NCBI RefSeq assembly: GCF_001194135.2
Contig: NC_069003.1
Location: 20,282,685 to 20,338,090 of the forward strand
Length of the DNA: 55,406 nucleotides
Reading direction: 5' to 3'
Origin: Octopus bimaculoides
Lineage: Eukaryota
Positions 23,379-34,559 of this stretch are shown piece by piece. Positions within the stretch are counted from its first letter, which is position 1. Each line of letters starts with the position of its first letter. The notes under the pieces were generated by a model. It was not told where the DNA came from, did not search any database, and worked only from the letters and a program-made list of their open reading frames with translations. The position numbers and the translations under genes are program-made.

Positions 23379-23903
23379 ACTGAGAATGCTCTGACTTTGG
23401 TAACATAAAAATCCCTCACCATTTTCATAATTTTTTTTACCTTTAGTCTTCTCCTCATTTATTCATTTGCTTTTCGTTCTTTTATCATGTTTCTTGTTCA
23501 TTGATGACTGAATCTGTTACATTACATTATATGCATATCGAGAGTAACTTTGTCATATCGTATATCGTCATCGTCATCATCATTGCCACCACCACCACCA
23601 AATATATATATATATAACGTGAGAGAGTTAGGGGTTGGGGGTTCAACCCACTAAGGGATAGTATCTATCCAGTATACTGCTGGGAGGGTACCCAATTATT
23701 GCTACACTAGTGCTATCCTAGGTGCAATCAATGGGAGCGGGTAAAAGTGGAGGTTTTACCCAAAATTTGTGTAATACATATACATATACATATATATATA
23801 TACATACATACACATTATATATATATATATATCCATTGTATTCTTTACATGAAACTGATTGGTAAGACCAGCTGTGATGGATACTTAATACTATAAAATT
23901 TGG

Positions 23904-23946
<43 letters not shown>

Positions 23947-23959
23947 ATAAACGAAAATA

Positions 23960-24346
23960 TATCATCATTATCGTTTAATGTCCACTTTCCATGCTGGCAT
24001 GGGTTGGATGGTTTGACTGAGGTCTGGGAAGCCAGCGGCTGTACCAGGCTCTAATCTGATCTGGCAATGTTTCTACAGCTGGATGCCCTTCCTAACGCCA
24101 ACCACTGCGAAAGAATAGTAGGTGCTTTTTATGTGTCACCGGCACAGGAGCTAGTCAGGGAGCCCTGGCATCGATCACGTTTGGATAGTGCTTTTTAAAT
24201 GCCACCGGCAAATCAGGGGCACTGGCATCGACCATGTTCGGATGGTGCTTTTTACATGCCACGGGCATGGTATCGACCACATACATATTTACACACAAAC
24301 ATATATATATATTTGTACATATATATTTATTTATACATACATACAT

Positions 24347-24389
<43 letters not shown>

Positions 24390-24470
24390 TCATCATCATC
24401 ATCATCATCGTTTAACGTCCGCTTTCCATGCTAGCATGGGTTGGACGATTTGACTGAGGACTGGTGAAAC
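23960..24470 (-). mobile_element. Two RTE-type 3'-tail elements with (CAT)n ends
   Basis: cgtttaatgtccactttccatgctggcatgggttggatgg..gctggatgcccttcctaacgccaaccac at 23972; a second (cat)n-cgtttaacgtccgctttccatgctagc at about 24386 runs into a gap. Confidence 0.8.
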
Positions 24471-25072
24471 NNNNNNNNNNNNNNNNNNNNNNNNNNNNNN
24501 NNNNNNNNNNNNNNNNNNNNNNNNNNNNNNNNNNNNNNNNNNNNNNNNNNNNNNNNNNNNNNNNNNNNNNNNNNNNNNNNNNNNNNNNNNNNNNNNNNNN
24601 NNNNNNNNNNNNNNNNNNNNNNNNNNNNNNNNNNNNNNNNNNNNNNNNNNNNNNNNNNNNNNNNNNNNNNNNNNNNNNNNNNNNNNNNNNNNNNNNNNNN
24701 NNNNNNNNNNNNNNNNNNNNNNNNNNNNNNNNNNNNNNNNNNNNNNNNNNNNNNNNNNNNNNNNNNNNNNNNNNNNNNNNNNNNNNNNNNNNNNNNNNNN
24801 NNNNNNNNNNNNNNNNNNNNNNNNNNNNNNNNNNNNNNNNNNNNNNNNNNNNNNNNNNNNNNNNNNNNNNNNNNNNNNNNNNNNNNNNNNNNNNNNNNNN
24901 NNNNNNNNNNNNNNNNNNNNNNNNNNNNNNNNNNNNNNNNNNNNNNNNNNNNNNNNNNNNNNNNNNNNNNNNNNNNNNNNNNNNNNNNNNNNNNNNNNNN
25001 NNNNNNNNNNNNNNNNNNNNNNNNNNNNNNNNNNNNNNNNNNNNTATATATATGTATGTATGTATGTATATA

Positions 25073-25108
<36 letters not shown>

Positions 25109-25129
25109 CACACACACACACATCATCAT

Positions 25130-27612
25130 TATTGTTTAACGTTTGACTTTCATTCATTCATGGGTAGGACAATTGATGGAACCAGCCAGGTAGAAGACTA
25201 TCCTAGCCTACTGTATCTGTTTTGGCAAGGTTCTTACAGCTGGATGCCCTTCCAAATGCCAACCACTCCACAGAGTGGACTCAATGCCTTTAACATGGCA
25301 TTAGCACTGGCAAGGTCAGTTTTGGCATGATTTTTACAGCTGGATGCCCTTCCAAATGCCAACCACTTTACAATGTGAACTGAATGCTTTCTACATGGCA
25401 CCAGTACTAGCAGTGTCACCAAACAACTTGCAAGACAAGGAATTTTGAGAGGGGTGGGGGCGTTAGAGAACAGGATCTTGTGTCAGATGATGAAAAGTTA
25501 GAATGTGACAGAGAAATAGAGAGGCAGACACAAGTGTCTTACTATAGAAGAGGTATATGGTTACCCAGTGAAAGAGAAAGAGAGAGAGAGAGAATGTGAG
25601 GAGGAGAGAGAGGTACAAGAAAGGGGACAGAAACAGGTGTGCTGATGTAAAGGGAATACTAGGTTACCTAGCCAGAGAAGGAGAGAGAATGATCAAGAAT
25701 GAAGTCTGAAACAGATGAGCTGCTGTAGAGATACATGGCTACCCAGCCAGAGGGAAGAGCAAGGGAAAGAGAGAGAAAGTAGGTAACAGCAAGAGTGCAA
25801 GAGAGAGCAGGAGAGCGATGGTGGGGAAGTGCCAGGGTATACCCACAAGTAAAAAGGATTGGAGCATAGATGTGATGGTAGAGATAAATGGTGGAAATTG
25901 TCAGAGCATGCTCCCAAGGTATGGAAATCATAATGTGGTCAGGTATTGCCCAGAAAGCATGAGTAGGGAGTGGGGATTGCAGTGACTGGTGAAAACCTGG
26001 GTTTAAAAATAGGGTGGGGGAAAACAGCAATACAGTGAACAGGGAAGGGGAGTGGAAGACAATCATAGTGTATGAAGAGGAAATATGAGGAAGAGAAAAG
26101 TGCAGCTTAGAAGAGATGATGTGGTTTGGTTTCTTGGGGTTGGGTGTGTGAAAAGTTGATTGCTACATGTGGGTCGGACACAGCGCTTGTAGCACTCAGT
26201 TTTGCTGATGTGAGCAGGTCTTCTCTAGAATCTCATATCGCCAAACATCTTAGTCCATTGTCATGTGCTGTGAACCCTAACATCCTGAGATCAGTACTCG
26301 CCACTTCATCCCATGTCTTTCTGGGTCTCCCTCTTCCACAGGTACCATCCACTTTCAGTGACAGGCACTAATGTATATAGCTGTCTTTACTCATACACAT
26401 CACATGTCCAAACCAACGCATTCTCCTCTCCTGCATACCATATTTAATCCCTCTTAATTCTCTCAACGCAGTTATGCCTTGTTGGTCATGCACTCTGATG
26501 TTGCAAATCCAATGGAGCATACTACCTTCATTCCTCTCCAGTCTATGTTCTCCGCATTCAAAGCCCATGTCTCACTATCATGGAATAAAGCTGTTTGTAC
26601 ATAAGCATCATACAATCTACCTTTCACTCTGAGAGAGAATCCTTTTGTTGCCAACAGAGGTAGTAGCTCTCTGAACTTCTTCCATCCTATTCTTATTTTA
26701 GAAACAATACTTTCAGAGCATCCATTGCCATTACTAATTTGGCCACCTAAGTAACAGAAACTACCTACTACCTCAGGAGATCTTCCTGGGCATTTTAGAA
26801 AGTCTAAGTCCCTCATGCTCTTAGAGCTTATTGTTCCTGCACATCTGTCACACACAAAGGCAACTTTAGCTGTTAACCTATCTGTGATTCCACTTAGGTT
26901 CATAGCTTACACTGGGTGCAGCAAACAAAATTATTTCCCTCTCTTTTCCTACTTACTGAACAGGATCATTTACCTGATGGAAAGAGAGTCTTATCTGCTT
27001 TCTTGCTAGCAACAACTTTAGTCTTTGCTAGGTTAACTTTAAGGTCCTTTGATTCCAGGTTTTGTTTCCAAACCTGGAATTTCTTCTCTAATTCTGCTTC
27101 AGATACTGCAATAAGAGCAAGATCATCAGCATATAGCAGTTCCCATGGGCATCCAGTTTTGAATTCATCTGTTATGGCCTGGAGAACTATGATAAATAAG
27201 AGTGGACTAAGAACTGATCCCTGGTGAACTCCAGCTTGTATGCTAAATTCGTCACTGTATTCAAGGTCAACTCTTGCCCTACTGACAGCATCACTGTACA
27301 TGGCTTGTATGGCTCTGACAAGCCATCCCTCTACTCCTAACTTCATTAGAGATCAGCCGATAAGAGAGTGGGGAACCCTGTTGAAAGCTTTCTCCAGGTC
27401 AATGAAAGCTAAGTACAATGGTTTACTTTTGACCAAATACTTTTCTTGCAGCTGTCTCACTAGGAAGATGGCATTTGTGGTACTTCTCTCAGGAACAAAA
27501 CCAAACTGCATCTCATCTAGTTTAATTCTATTCCTAATCAATTGAGCTGTAACTCTCTCTGTAACTTTCATGGCCTGGTCCAGCAGTTTGATACCTCTGT
27601 AGTTATTTCTAT
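25130..27612 (-). mobile_element. 5'-truncated RTE/RTEX-type LINE (RT, ORF2 C-terminus, 3' UTR and tail)
   Basis: Minus ORFs: NNYRGIKLL..QFGFVPERSTTNAIF..AFIDLEKAFNRVP, GVHQGSVLSPLLFIIV..LLYADDLALIA..LKVNLAKTKV, FCYLGGQIS..IGWKKFRELLPLL, RRMRWFGHV. Then about 700 bp pyrimidine-rich sequence and the shared ggatgcccttcc tail. Confidence 0.93.
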
Positions 27613-27615
27613 ATA

Positions 27616-27800
27616 TATTCAAAGGCCCACAGCTATTTAACGCCTTGCCAAAACATCTGAGGGATCTTCATGGATTGGGGATAGATGTTTTCAAGAAACA
27701 ACTTGACCTCCTGCTATCCAAGGTCCTAGATGAACCAATATCATGGCAGGACTCAAAAGAGGGCAGCAGTGTCAAATTCCCTCCACCAAAAGCCAGTTAC
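27616..27800 (+). mobile_element. Non-LTR (CR1/L2/Jockey-group-like) ORF2 C-terminal fragment
   Basis: FKGPQLFNALPKHLRDLHGLGIDVFKKQLDLLLSKVLDEP matches the GPxLFNxLP..FKxxLD end motif of this group. Confidence 0.7.
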
Positions 27801-27904
27801 AGAAGATTAGCCATTGAAAAGGTGATTACACTGGTGGTCCTCCAGCATGGCCACAGACTTAGGGCTGAAATGTGTAAAAGTATAAAGAAGGAATATATAT
27901 ATAC

Positions 27905-28310
27905 ATATATCTTTTACTTGTTTCAGTCATTAGACTGCTATCATACTGGGGCACCACCTTGAAGAATTTTTAGTTGAATGCATTGACATTGTATTTATTT
28001 TTTAAAGGCTGATACTTATTCTATCAGTCTCTTTTACCAAACCACTAATTTATAGAGACCAGCACTGGTTGTCAAGTGCTGGTGGAGGACAAACACAGAC
28101 ACAAAGGTACACACACACTCATATATATATATATATATATACATACACATATATATGATGGGCTTCTTCCTAGTTTCCATCTACGAAATCCACTCTCAAA
28201 GTTTTGGTTGGCCCAAGGTTATAGCAGAAGACACTTGCCCAAGGTCTCATGCCGTGAGACTGAACTTGGAACCAAGTGGTTGGGATGCAAGCTTCTTACC
28301 ACAGCCACAT
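27905..28310 (-). mobile_element. Family A composite SINE
   Basis: Head, (TA)/(CA) linker and 3' module on the minus strand. Confidence 0.85.
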
Positions 28311-29156
28311 TTATTTTATATAATAAAACAGAGTTTGTGTGTGTGTATGTTCCTTTTGGATTCGAAAACTGAGTTGCCGATTTTGATGTATGAGGTATCA
28401 AAAGATTCAGTAATCTTTTGGCTACCAAATAAAGTATGATTTTTGCACAACTCTTTTTTTACTACAAAAATAACCTCAAAAACGAGGTTAGGTCACACAA
28501 TTTTGTGGGTTTTAGCTAAGGGAGGCAACTCTGCCTGAACAATCTTGAAATACATGAAATTTTACCAGGGAATGAAATTTCAATGATAAACCATCAACTT
28601 TATTAGTACTATTTAGTAGATAATCTTTTAATGTGAAGTATGTTTGTGTTTGTTTAGCCCAGAGTTGCCTCTGATGTAGCAGGCCCATTGCATAGTTTCT
28701 TTTTTTCTTCTTCCTGAAGCACCGTAAATCTGTCTTTCTTTTGATGAAAGGGTGTGTTTTAAGAGAGATTTGGTTGCTATTTGTAGTAGCTTGAGTTACC
28801 ACAGACACACCTGTGTGTGTGTGTGTGCGTGTTTTGTTGTGATGAAAAAAAAACACATTTTTGCACAGTATTTTGCATAATAATCTTTAAAGAAATTTGG
28901 ACATCTTACAATGGCAGTATGGTTGGAAGTTGATAGCCATTGGCAAAGGGAAATAATCCAGACTTTTCCCCTCCATATTTTAAAGAGGTCATAGGCTAAC
29001 AGGTCTTAGGGTCTGACAATACACCATAAAGTTAAACCCTTTATGGACGGGAAACCCAGGGTAACCCCATAAATTGGCCTTCACCAGGAAAAAATATAGA
29101 CTGCTCCACTTCTTAAAGTGTGCTTCTTCTCTGGATTTATGTTTTTCTAAAAACAA

Positions 29157-29194
<38 letters not shown>

Positions 29195-29523
29195 TAAAAT
29201 CATTAAAGGAATCAAGGTGGTGGTATTAGATTTATTAATTAGCGACAATCATTTCAGTAATTGGTGGAATTGTTTCATCAGTCAACATGCTGCTGAATCA
29301 AACACATCAAAATTACAAAAGTTATATGGAGATGATATATATATATCCATTGCAATATTGCATGAACATATCGTAAGTGAGTTCATTGTGACTATTAACC
29401 AAAGTGCTGCAGAACAGGGATGAGAGTTAGTGTTGTGAAGACTGAGATTTTGGTCCTCTTGACAGAGTCTTCCTAATATATTCTGAATGTTAATGGAACA
29501 TCCATTGGACCATGTGGAGAAGT

Positions 29524-30225
29524 TTAAGCCTCTAGCATTCAGATTATTCTGTCAAATGTAATGCTTATTTATTCAGATTGCTTTGAGTTAATCATGTATT
29601 ATCTCGCAGCAAAGGGTTACCAATGATGTGATTAATTATTATAAGAATAACATTGTAAGGTAGGTGTTAGAGGCTGGATCTGACCAGTTTGAACATAAAA
29701 CATGTAAAATAATTTGGCCAGATATGGCCAGTTTGAATGCTTTCAATGATGTGATTGTTTATTTTTCAGGATGACATTGTAGGGTCAGTGTGAGAAGCTG
29801 GATCTGGCCAGTTTGAGCATAAAACATGTAAAATAATTTGGCCAGATATGGCCAGTTTGAATGCTTTCAATGATGTGATTGTTTATTTTTCAGGATGACA
29901 TTGTAGGGTCAGTGTGAGAAGCTGGATCNNNNNNNNNNNNNNNNNNNNNNNNNNNNNNNNNNNNNNNNNNNNNNNNNNNNNNNNNNNNNNNNNNNNNNNN
30001 NNNNNNNNNNNNNNNNNNNNNNNNNNNNNNNNNNNNNNNNNNACATAAAACATGTAAAATAATTTGGCCAGATATGGCCAGTTTGAATGCTTTCAATGAT
30101 GTGATTGTTTATTTTTCAGGATGACATTGTAGGGTCAGTGTGAGAAGCTGGATCTGGCCAGTTTGAGCATAAAACATGTAAAATAATTTGGCCAGATATG
30201 GCCAGTTTGAATGCTAATGGATTAA
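29524..30225. mobile_element. piggyBac-like MITE family 1 with an internal 124-bp tandem array
   Basis: TTAA-gcctctagcattcag ... tttgaatgctaatgga-TTAA; the unit tttcaatgatgtg..ggccagtttgaatgc starts at 29741, 29865 and 30091, with a gap at 29929-30042. Confidence 0.8.
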
Positions 30226-30229
30226 GTAC

Positions 30230-30660
30230 TCTGGGTAGCTTGAAGCTGAATTGGATGTTAGAATTAAAGGTGCTGGCAATTCTTGAATTTGGTTTATACG
30301 CCTGTCCTCATCTTTGGTCATAAATGTTGGGTAATGACTAAAAAAGTATGAAGCTGCCAAAATGAGGTTCATCCAAAGGATGTCCAGTGTAATGTTACTT
30401 GACAGGGTGCATAGCTCAGAGATCTGGGATTCTCTCCTGGTTCAGCCAATACTTCCCACATTTAGAGGTCAGAGCCCAGTAGCATGGACATGTGGTTAGA
30501 ATGTTGCAGGACAAATTTTTCAAGCAGAGCCAAATGGCAGGAAACCTAGGGGTAGATCAAGGGCATGATGGATAATACCTATAGTCTCAGCTGGTCATGT
30601 TTGGGAACCCAGCTGGAAAGTCTAATGATAGTTGCTTCTGATGGGACCCTATGGAGGATA
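30230..30660 (+). mobile_element. RTE LINE ORF2 C-terminal fragment
   Basis: PVLIFGHKCWVMT, AAKMRFIQRMSSVMLLDRVHSSEIW and KPRGRSR motifs, frameshifted. Confidence 0.7.
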
Positions 30661-30757
30661 TATCTGAGGACTCTACTCCAATAATACTCCCATGAATAAT
30701 GAATGGAGGAGATAGATGGATACATACACACACACACAGACACACACACACATATGT

Positions 30758-31071
30758 AGGCAAATTTGTTGTTGAAAATAAATTTATATACATATATACC
30801 AAACTAGTTTCAACAATATATTTTGTTTATCAATGGTAAAAACTTAGAATTATAAATTAGAAAAAACATCTTTAAAAGTTTCAATGCTGAAAGTTTAAAT
30901 GTTCATAACATATACAAATTTAGAATTATGAATTAGAAAAACATGTTTAAAATTTACGATGTTGACAACTTGTCAGCACTGAAACTTTTAAAGATGTTTT
31001 TATAATTCATAATTCTAAATCTTTACCATTGATAAACAAATTTAGGTGCATTTTCAACAACAAATTTGCCT
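30758..31071. repeat. AT-rich fold-back element with nested inverted arms
   Basis: Perfect 21-bp outer arms aggcaaatttgttgttgaaaa / ttttcaacaacaaatttgcct; inner arms of about 68 bp (30822-30890 versus 30973-31040, about 90%); a third partial copy lies in the loop. Confidence 0.85.
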
Positions 31072-31798
31072 GTTTTTCCTGCGTGGAAATACACCCCCTC
31101 TTTTGTTATATNNNNNNNNNNNNNNNNNNNNNNNNNNNNNNNNNNNNNNNNNNNNNNNNNNNNNNNNNNNNNNNNNNNNNNNNNNNNNNNNNNNNNNNNN
31201 NNNNNNNNNNNNNNNNNNNNNNNNNNNNNNNNNNNNNNNNNNNNNNNNNNNNNNNNNNNNNNNNNNNNNNNNNNNNNNNNNNNNNNNNNNNNNNNNNNNN
31301 NNNNNNNNNNNNNNNNNNNNNNNNNNNNNNNNNNNNNNNNNNNNNNNNNNNNNNNNNNNNNNNNNNNNNNNNNNNNNNNNNNNNNNNNNNNNNNNNNNNN
31401 NNNNNNNNNNNNNNNNNNNNNNNNNNNNNNNNNNNNNNNNNNNNNNNNNNNNNNNNNNNNNNNNNNNNNNNNNNNNNNNNNNNNNNNNNNNNNNNNNNNN
31501 NNNNNNNNNNNNNNNNNNNNNNNNNNNNNNNNNNNNNNNNNNNNNNNNNNNNNNNNNNNNNNNNNNNNNNNNNNNNNNNNNNNNNNNNNNNNNNNNNNNN
31601 NNNNNNNNNNNNNNNNNNNNNNNNNNNNNNNNNNNNNNNNNNNNNNNNNNNNNNNNNNNNNNNNNNNNNNNNNNNNNNNNNNNNNNNNNNNNNNNNNNNN
31701 NNNNNNNNNNNNNNNNNNNNNNNNNNNNNNNNNNNNNNNNNNNNNNNNNNNNNNNNNNNNNNNNNNNNNNNNNNNNNNNNNNNNNNNNNNNNNNNNNN

Positions 31799-32025
31799 AA
31801 AGACACCATTTCGAGCGTGGCCGTTTTCGTGCGGGTGACACGTAAAAGCACCCACTACACTCTCTGAGTGGTTGGCGTTAGGAAGGGCATCCAGCTGTAG
31901 AAACTCTGCCAAATCAGACTGGAGCCTGGTGTTGCCATCCGGTTTCACCAGTCCTCAGTCAAATCGTCCAACCCATGCTAGCATGGAAAGCGGACGTTAA
32001 ACGATGATGATGATGATGATGATGA
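31799..32025 (+). mobile_element. Young RTE-type 3'-tail element ending in (GAT)n
   Basis: tggttggcgttaggaagggcatccagctgtagaaactc..gcatggaaagcggacgttaaacgatgatgatg with CpGs intact; 5' part lost in the gap. Confidence 0.85.
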
Positions 32026-32360
32026 TACTAGCTTAAAACCCACACCCCATGCAGACTTTTCAGCTACCTCCTGCAGAAGGCTAATTGGGCCTGTGGCCCA
32101 AAACTAAAGTGAGCAATAATAATAAAGCATTTATTATTTATTGGTACCCTACCAATATGAGTTCTTTTAAAATTTGAAATTTCAACTGTTAGCATATAAC
32201 AAATCCTCATCCAGACCTGATCCCAATGCTGGATGTTCAAGAACCTAATGGAGGGCAGATTTTCAATCCTAGCATCATCCTGATTTCAAAAAGGTGTAAT
32301 ATGTCTATGTAGAGCAAATGTAGACTGAGATACAGAGGTCATGGACAGATAGAATTTCAC

Positions 32361-32397
<37 letters not shown>

Positions 32398-32398
<1 letters not shown>

Positions 32399-33055
32399 GT
32401 CGTTTAACGTCCGCTTTCCATGCTAGCATGGGTTGGACAATTTGACTGAGGACTGGTGAAACCAGATGGCTACACCAGGCTCCAATCTGATTTGGCAGAG
32501 TTTCTACAGCTGGATGCCCTTCCTAATGCCAACCACTCAGAGAGTGTAGTGGGTGCTTTTACATGTCACCCACACGAAGGCCAGTCAGGCGGTACTGGCA
32601 ACGGCCACGCTCAAAATGGTGTATTTTATGTGCCACCCGCACAAGAGCCAGTCCAGGGGCACTGTCAACGATCTCACTTGAAGGTCCTTACACATGCTGT
32701 GGGCACAAGTGCCAGAAAGGCGACGCTGGGCACAGGTGCCATCATGATTTCGNNNNNNNNNNGCCAGTCAGGCGGTACTGGCAACGACCACGCTCAAAAT
32801 GGTATATTTTATGTGCCACCCGCACAAGAGCCAGTCCAGGGGCACTGGCAACGATCTCGCTCGAAAATCCTACGAAGGCCAGTCAGGCGGTACTGGCAAT
32901 GGCCATGCTCAAAATGGTGTATTTTATGTGCCACCCGCACAAGAGCCAGTCCAGGGGCACTGTCAACGATCTCACTTGAAGGTCCTTACACATGCTGTGG
33001 GCACAAGTGCCAGAAAGGCGACGCTGGGCACAGGTGCCATCATGATTTCGATTTC
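32398..33055 (-). mobile_element. Young RTE-type 3'-tail element with internal tandem repeats
   Basis: Reverse complement of 31799-32010 at 32398-32590, then three copies of gccagtcaggcggtactggcaac..ccagtccaggggcactg around a 10-N gap. Confidence 0.85.
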
Positions 33056-33349
33056 GCTTGCCCCAATAAGTCTTTGCAAGCTGAGTTTTGTGTCCAATGA
33101 GGGAGACGACCACTTTCAGATCCTTTGCCCATCACTCAAAGACCCATTCTACATGCCATATTTCATGCTTTTACTCAAGGTAGCAAAAGTATACTTCCAA
33201 AGTTACCTGTCCTATGACAAGCAGCCCTCTAGTCAAAGAATAAAGGAATGGTTATGATCAGAAGGCTTTTTGACATCGACCCTCTCAATTCTGTAGCCAG
33301 GGGTTGGGTTAAACACAGAACAACAACAGTTTGGGTGAACAACCAGAAC

Positions 33350-33460
33350 CAACTGACCAACCAGCCAACCGACCGACCAACCAACCAACCAACCAACCAA
33401 CCAACCAGCCAGTCAGCCAACCAACCAACCAACCAACCAACCAACCAACCAGCCAACCAG
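33350..33460. repeat. (CCAA)n-like tetranucleotide microsatellite
   Basis: accaaccaaccaacc.. with scattered variants. Confidence 0.95.
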
Positions 33461-33699
33461 GCTCTTGGTTTAATTACTCTGTTTGCTGAACCATACATGT
33501 CATCATTAACATATTAAACAAATATCCATATGTATGCAACCTTGAATTCACATTTTTTTCTGTTGATTAAAATTTTTTTTTTATTTTTCATTTTATTTAT
33601 ATTATTTTTGTCAAGGATCGCATTTTGAGACTACAATGGTAATTACAATGACATCATTGATTTGATTAAACCACATTGGAATTCATTAATTAAATAATT

Positions 33700-33802
33700 C
33701 ATCATCACTGTCATCATCATTATCGTCATCACCACCACCACCATCATCATCATCATCTTCTTCTTCTTCTTCTTCTTCTTCTTCTTCTTCTTCTTCTTCT
33801 TC
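33700..33802. repeat. Compound trinucleotide repeat (CAT)n/(CAC)n/(CTT)n
   Basis: Directly visible. Confidence 0.95.
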
Positions 33803-34559
33803 AACTGGCCAGGTAACTTCACAGCAGGTCCAAGGTTATTCCAGTGGACAGATAACAAACACTAGTGAATTGGCTTCTACTTTAATGAACAAATTAACTG
33901 GTTCTCTCTTGAAGCTGATCATCTAGGTGATGGTGGTGGTGGTGGTGGTGGTAGTGAGAGCAGTGGTAGCAGCGGTGATGGTGGTGGTGGTGGTGGTGGA
34001 AGTGGCCTGGTTTTTGTTTGTTCATGAAGGAAGGCCATATCTTTAAGCAACCATTTTTATTTTTCTAAGACCTCCTAGAACAAAGAAAATGGAAAACTGG
34101 GAAGTAAATGTTCAAATTATATGTATATATACATACATGCATATACATATACTTATAAATGTATATATGGATATATAAACATATATATGGATGTATATCA
34201 TATATATGTATATATGGATATTTATACATACATACACATATAATATAAAGAAACATAATATCAGTAGTATAGTATAATATGTTAGCATATATTGAATCGG
34301 ATGATTTGATGAATAAGAGTGGACTAGGAATACTATACAGATTACTGGAACTCCATAATGTGTATAGTACTAGTGTCTAATAAACACAAGTACTAACACA
34401 GAGGAACAAATTCCAGTAAATTCATTGGTATATGGATAAACCGGCGGATGCTTGGATGTAATACAACCCTGGAAAGAGCAATCTCTTTCTTTACAAAATA
34501 TATATATGTCTATCAGTATTGACCAGATGATTAAATGCTTATTGTACATCACTGGACAC

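Noticed and set aside
28522-28671. 150-bp segment bounded by 12-bp inverted repeats (gaggcaactctg / cagagttgcctc)
   Set aside because: Possibly a small MITE, but there is no TSD or second copy in the window.
29282-29372. + strand exon candidate (QHAAESNTSKLQKLYGDDIYISIAILHEHI, donor gtaagt)
   Set aside because: More than one frame is open, it includes a (TA) run, and it has no partner exon or recognisable homology.
29620-30214. Tandem array as a CRISPR
   Set aside because: Units are contiguous 124-bp copies with no unique spacers, inside a eukaryotic MITE; no cas genes.
32456-33257. 138-214 aa ORFs with repeated peptide blocks
   Set aside because: They lie antisense in a retroelement 3' tail with tandem units; the duplication across the 10-N gap may partly be an assembly overlap.
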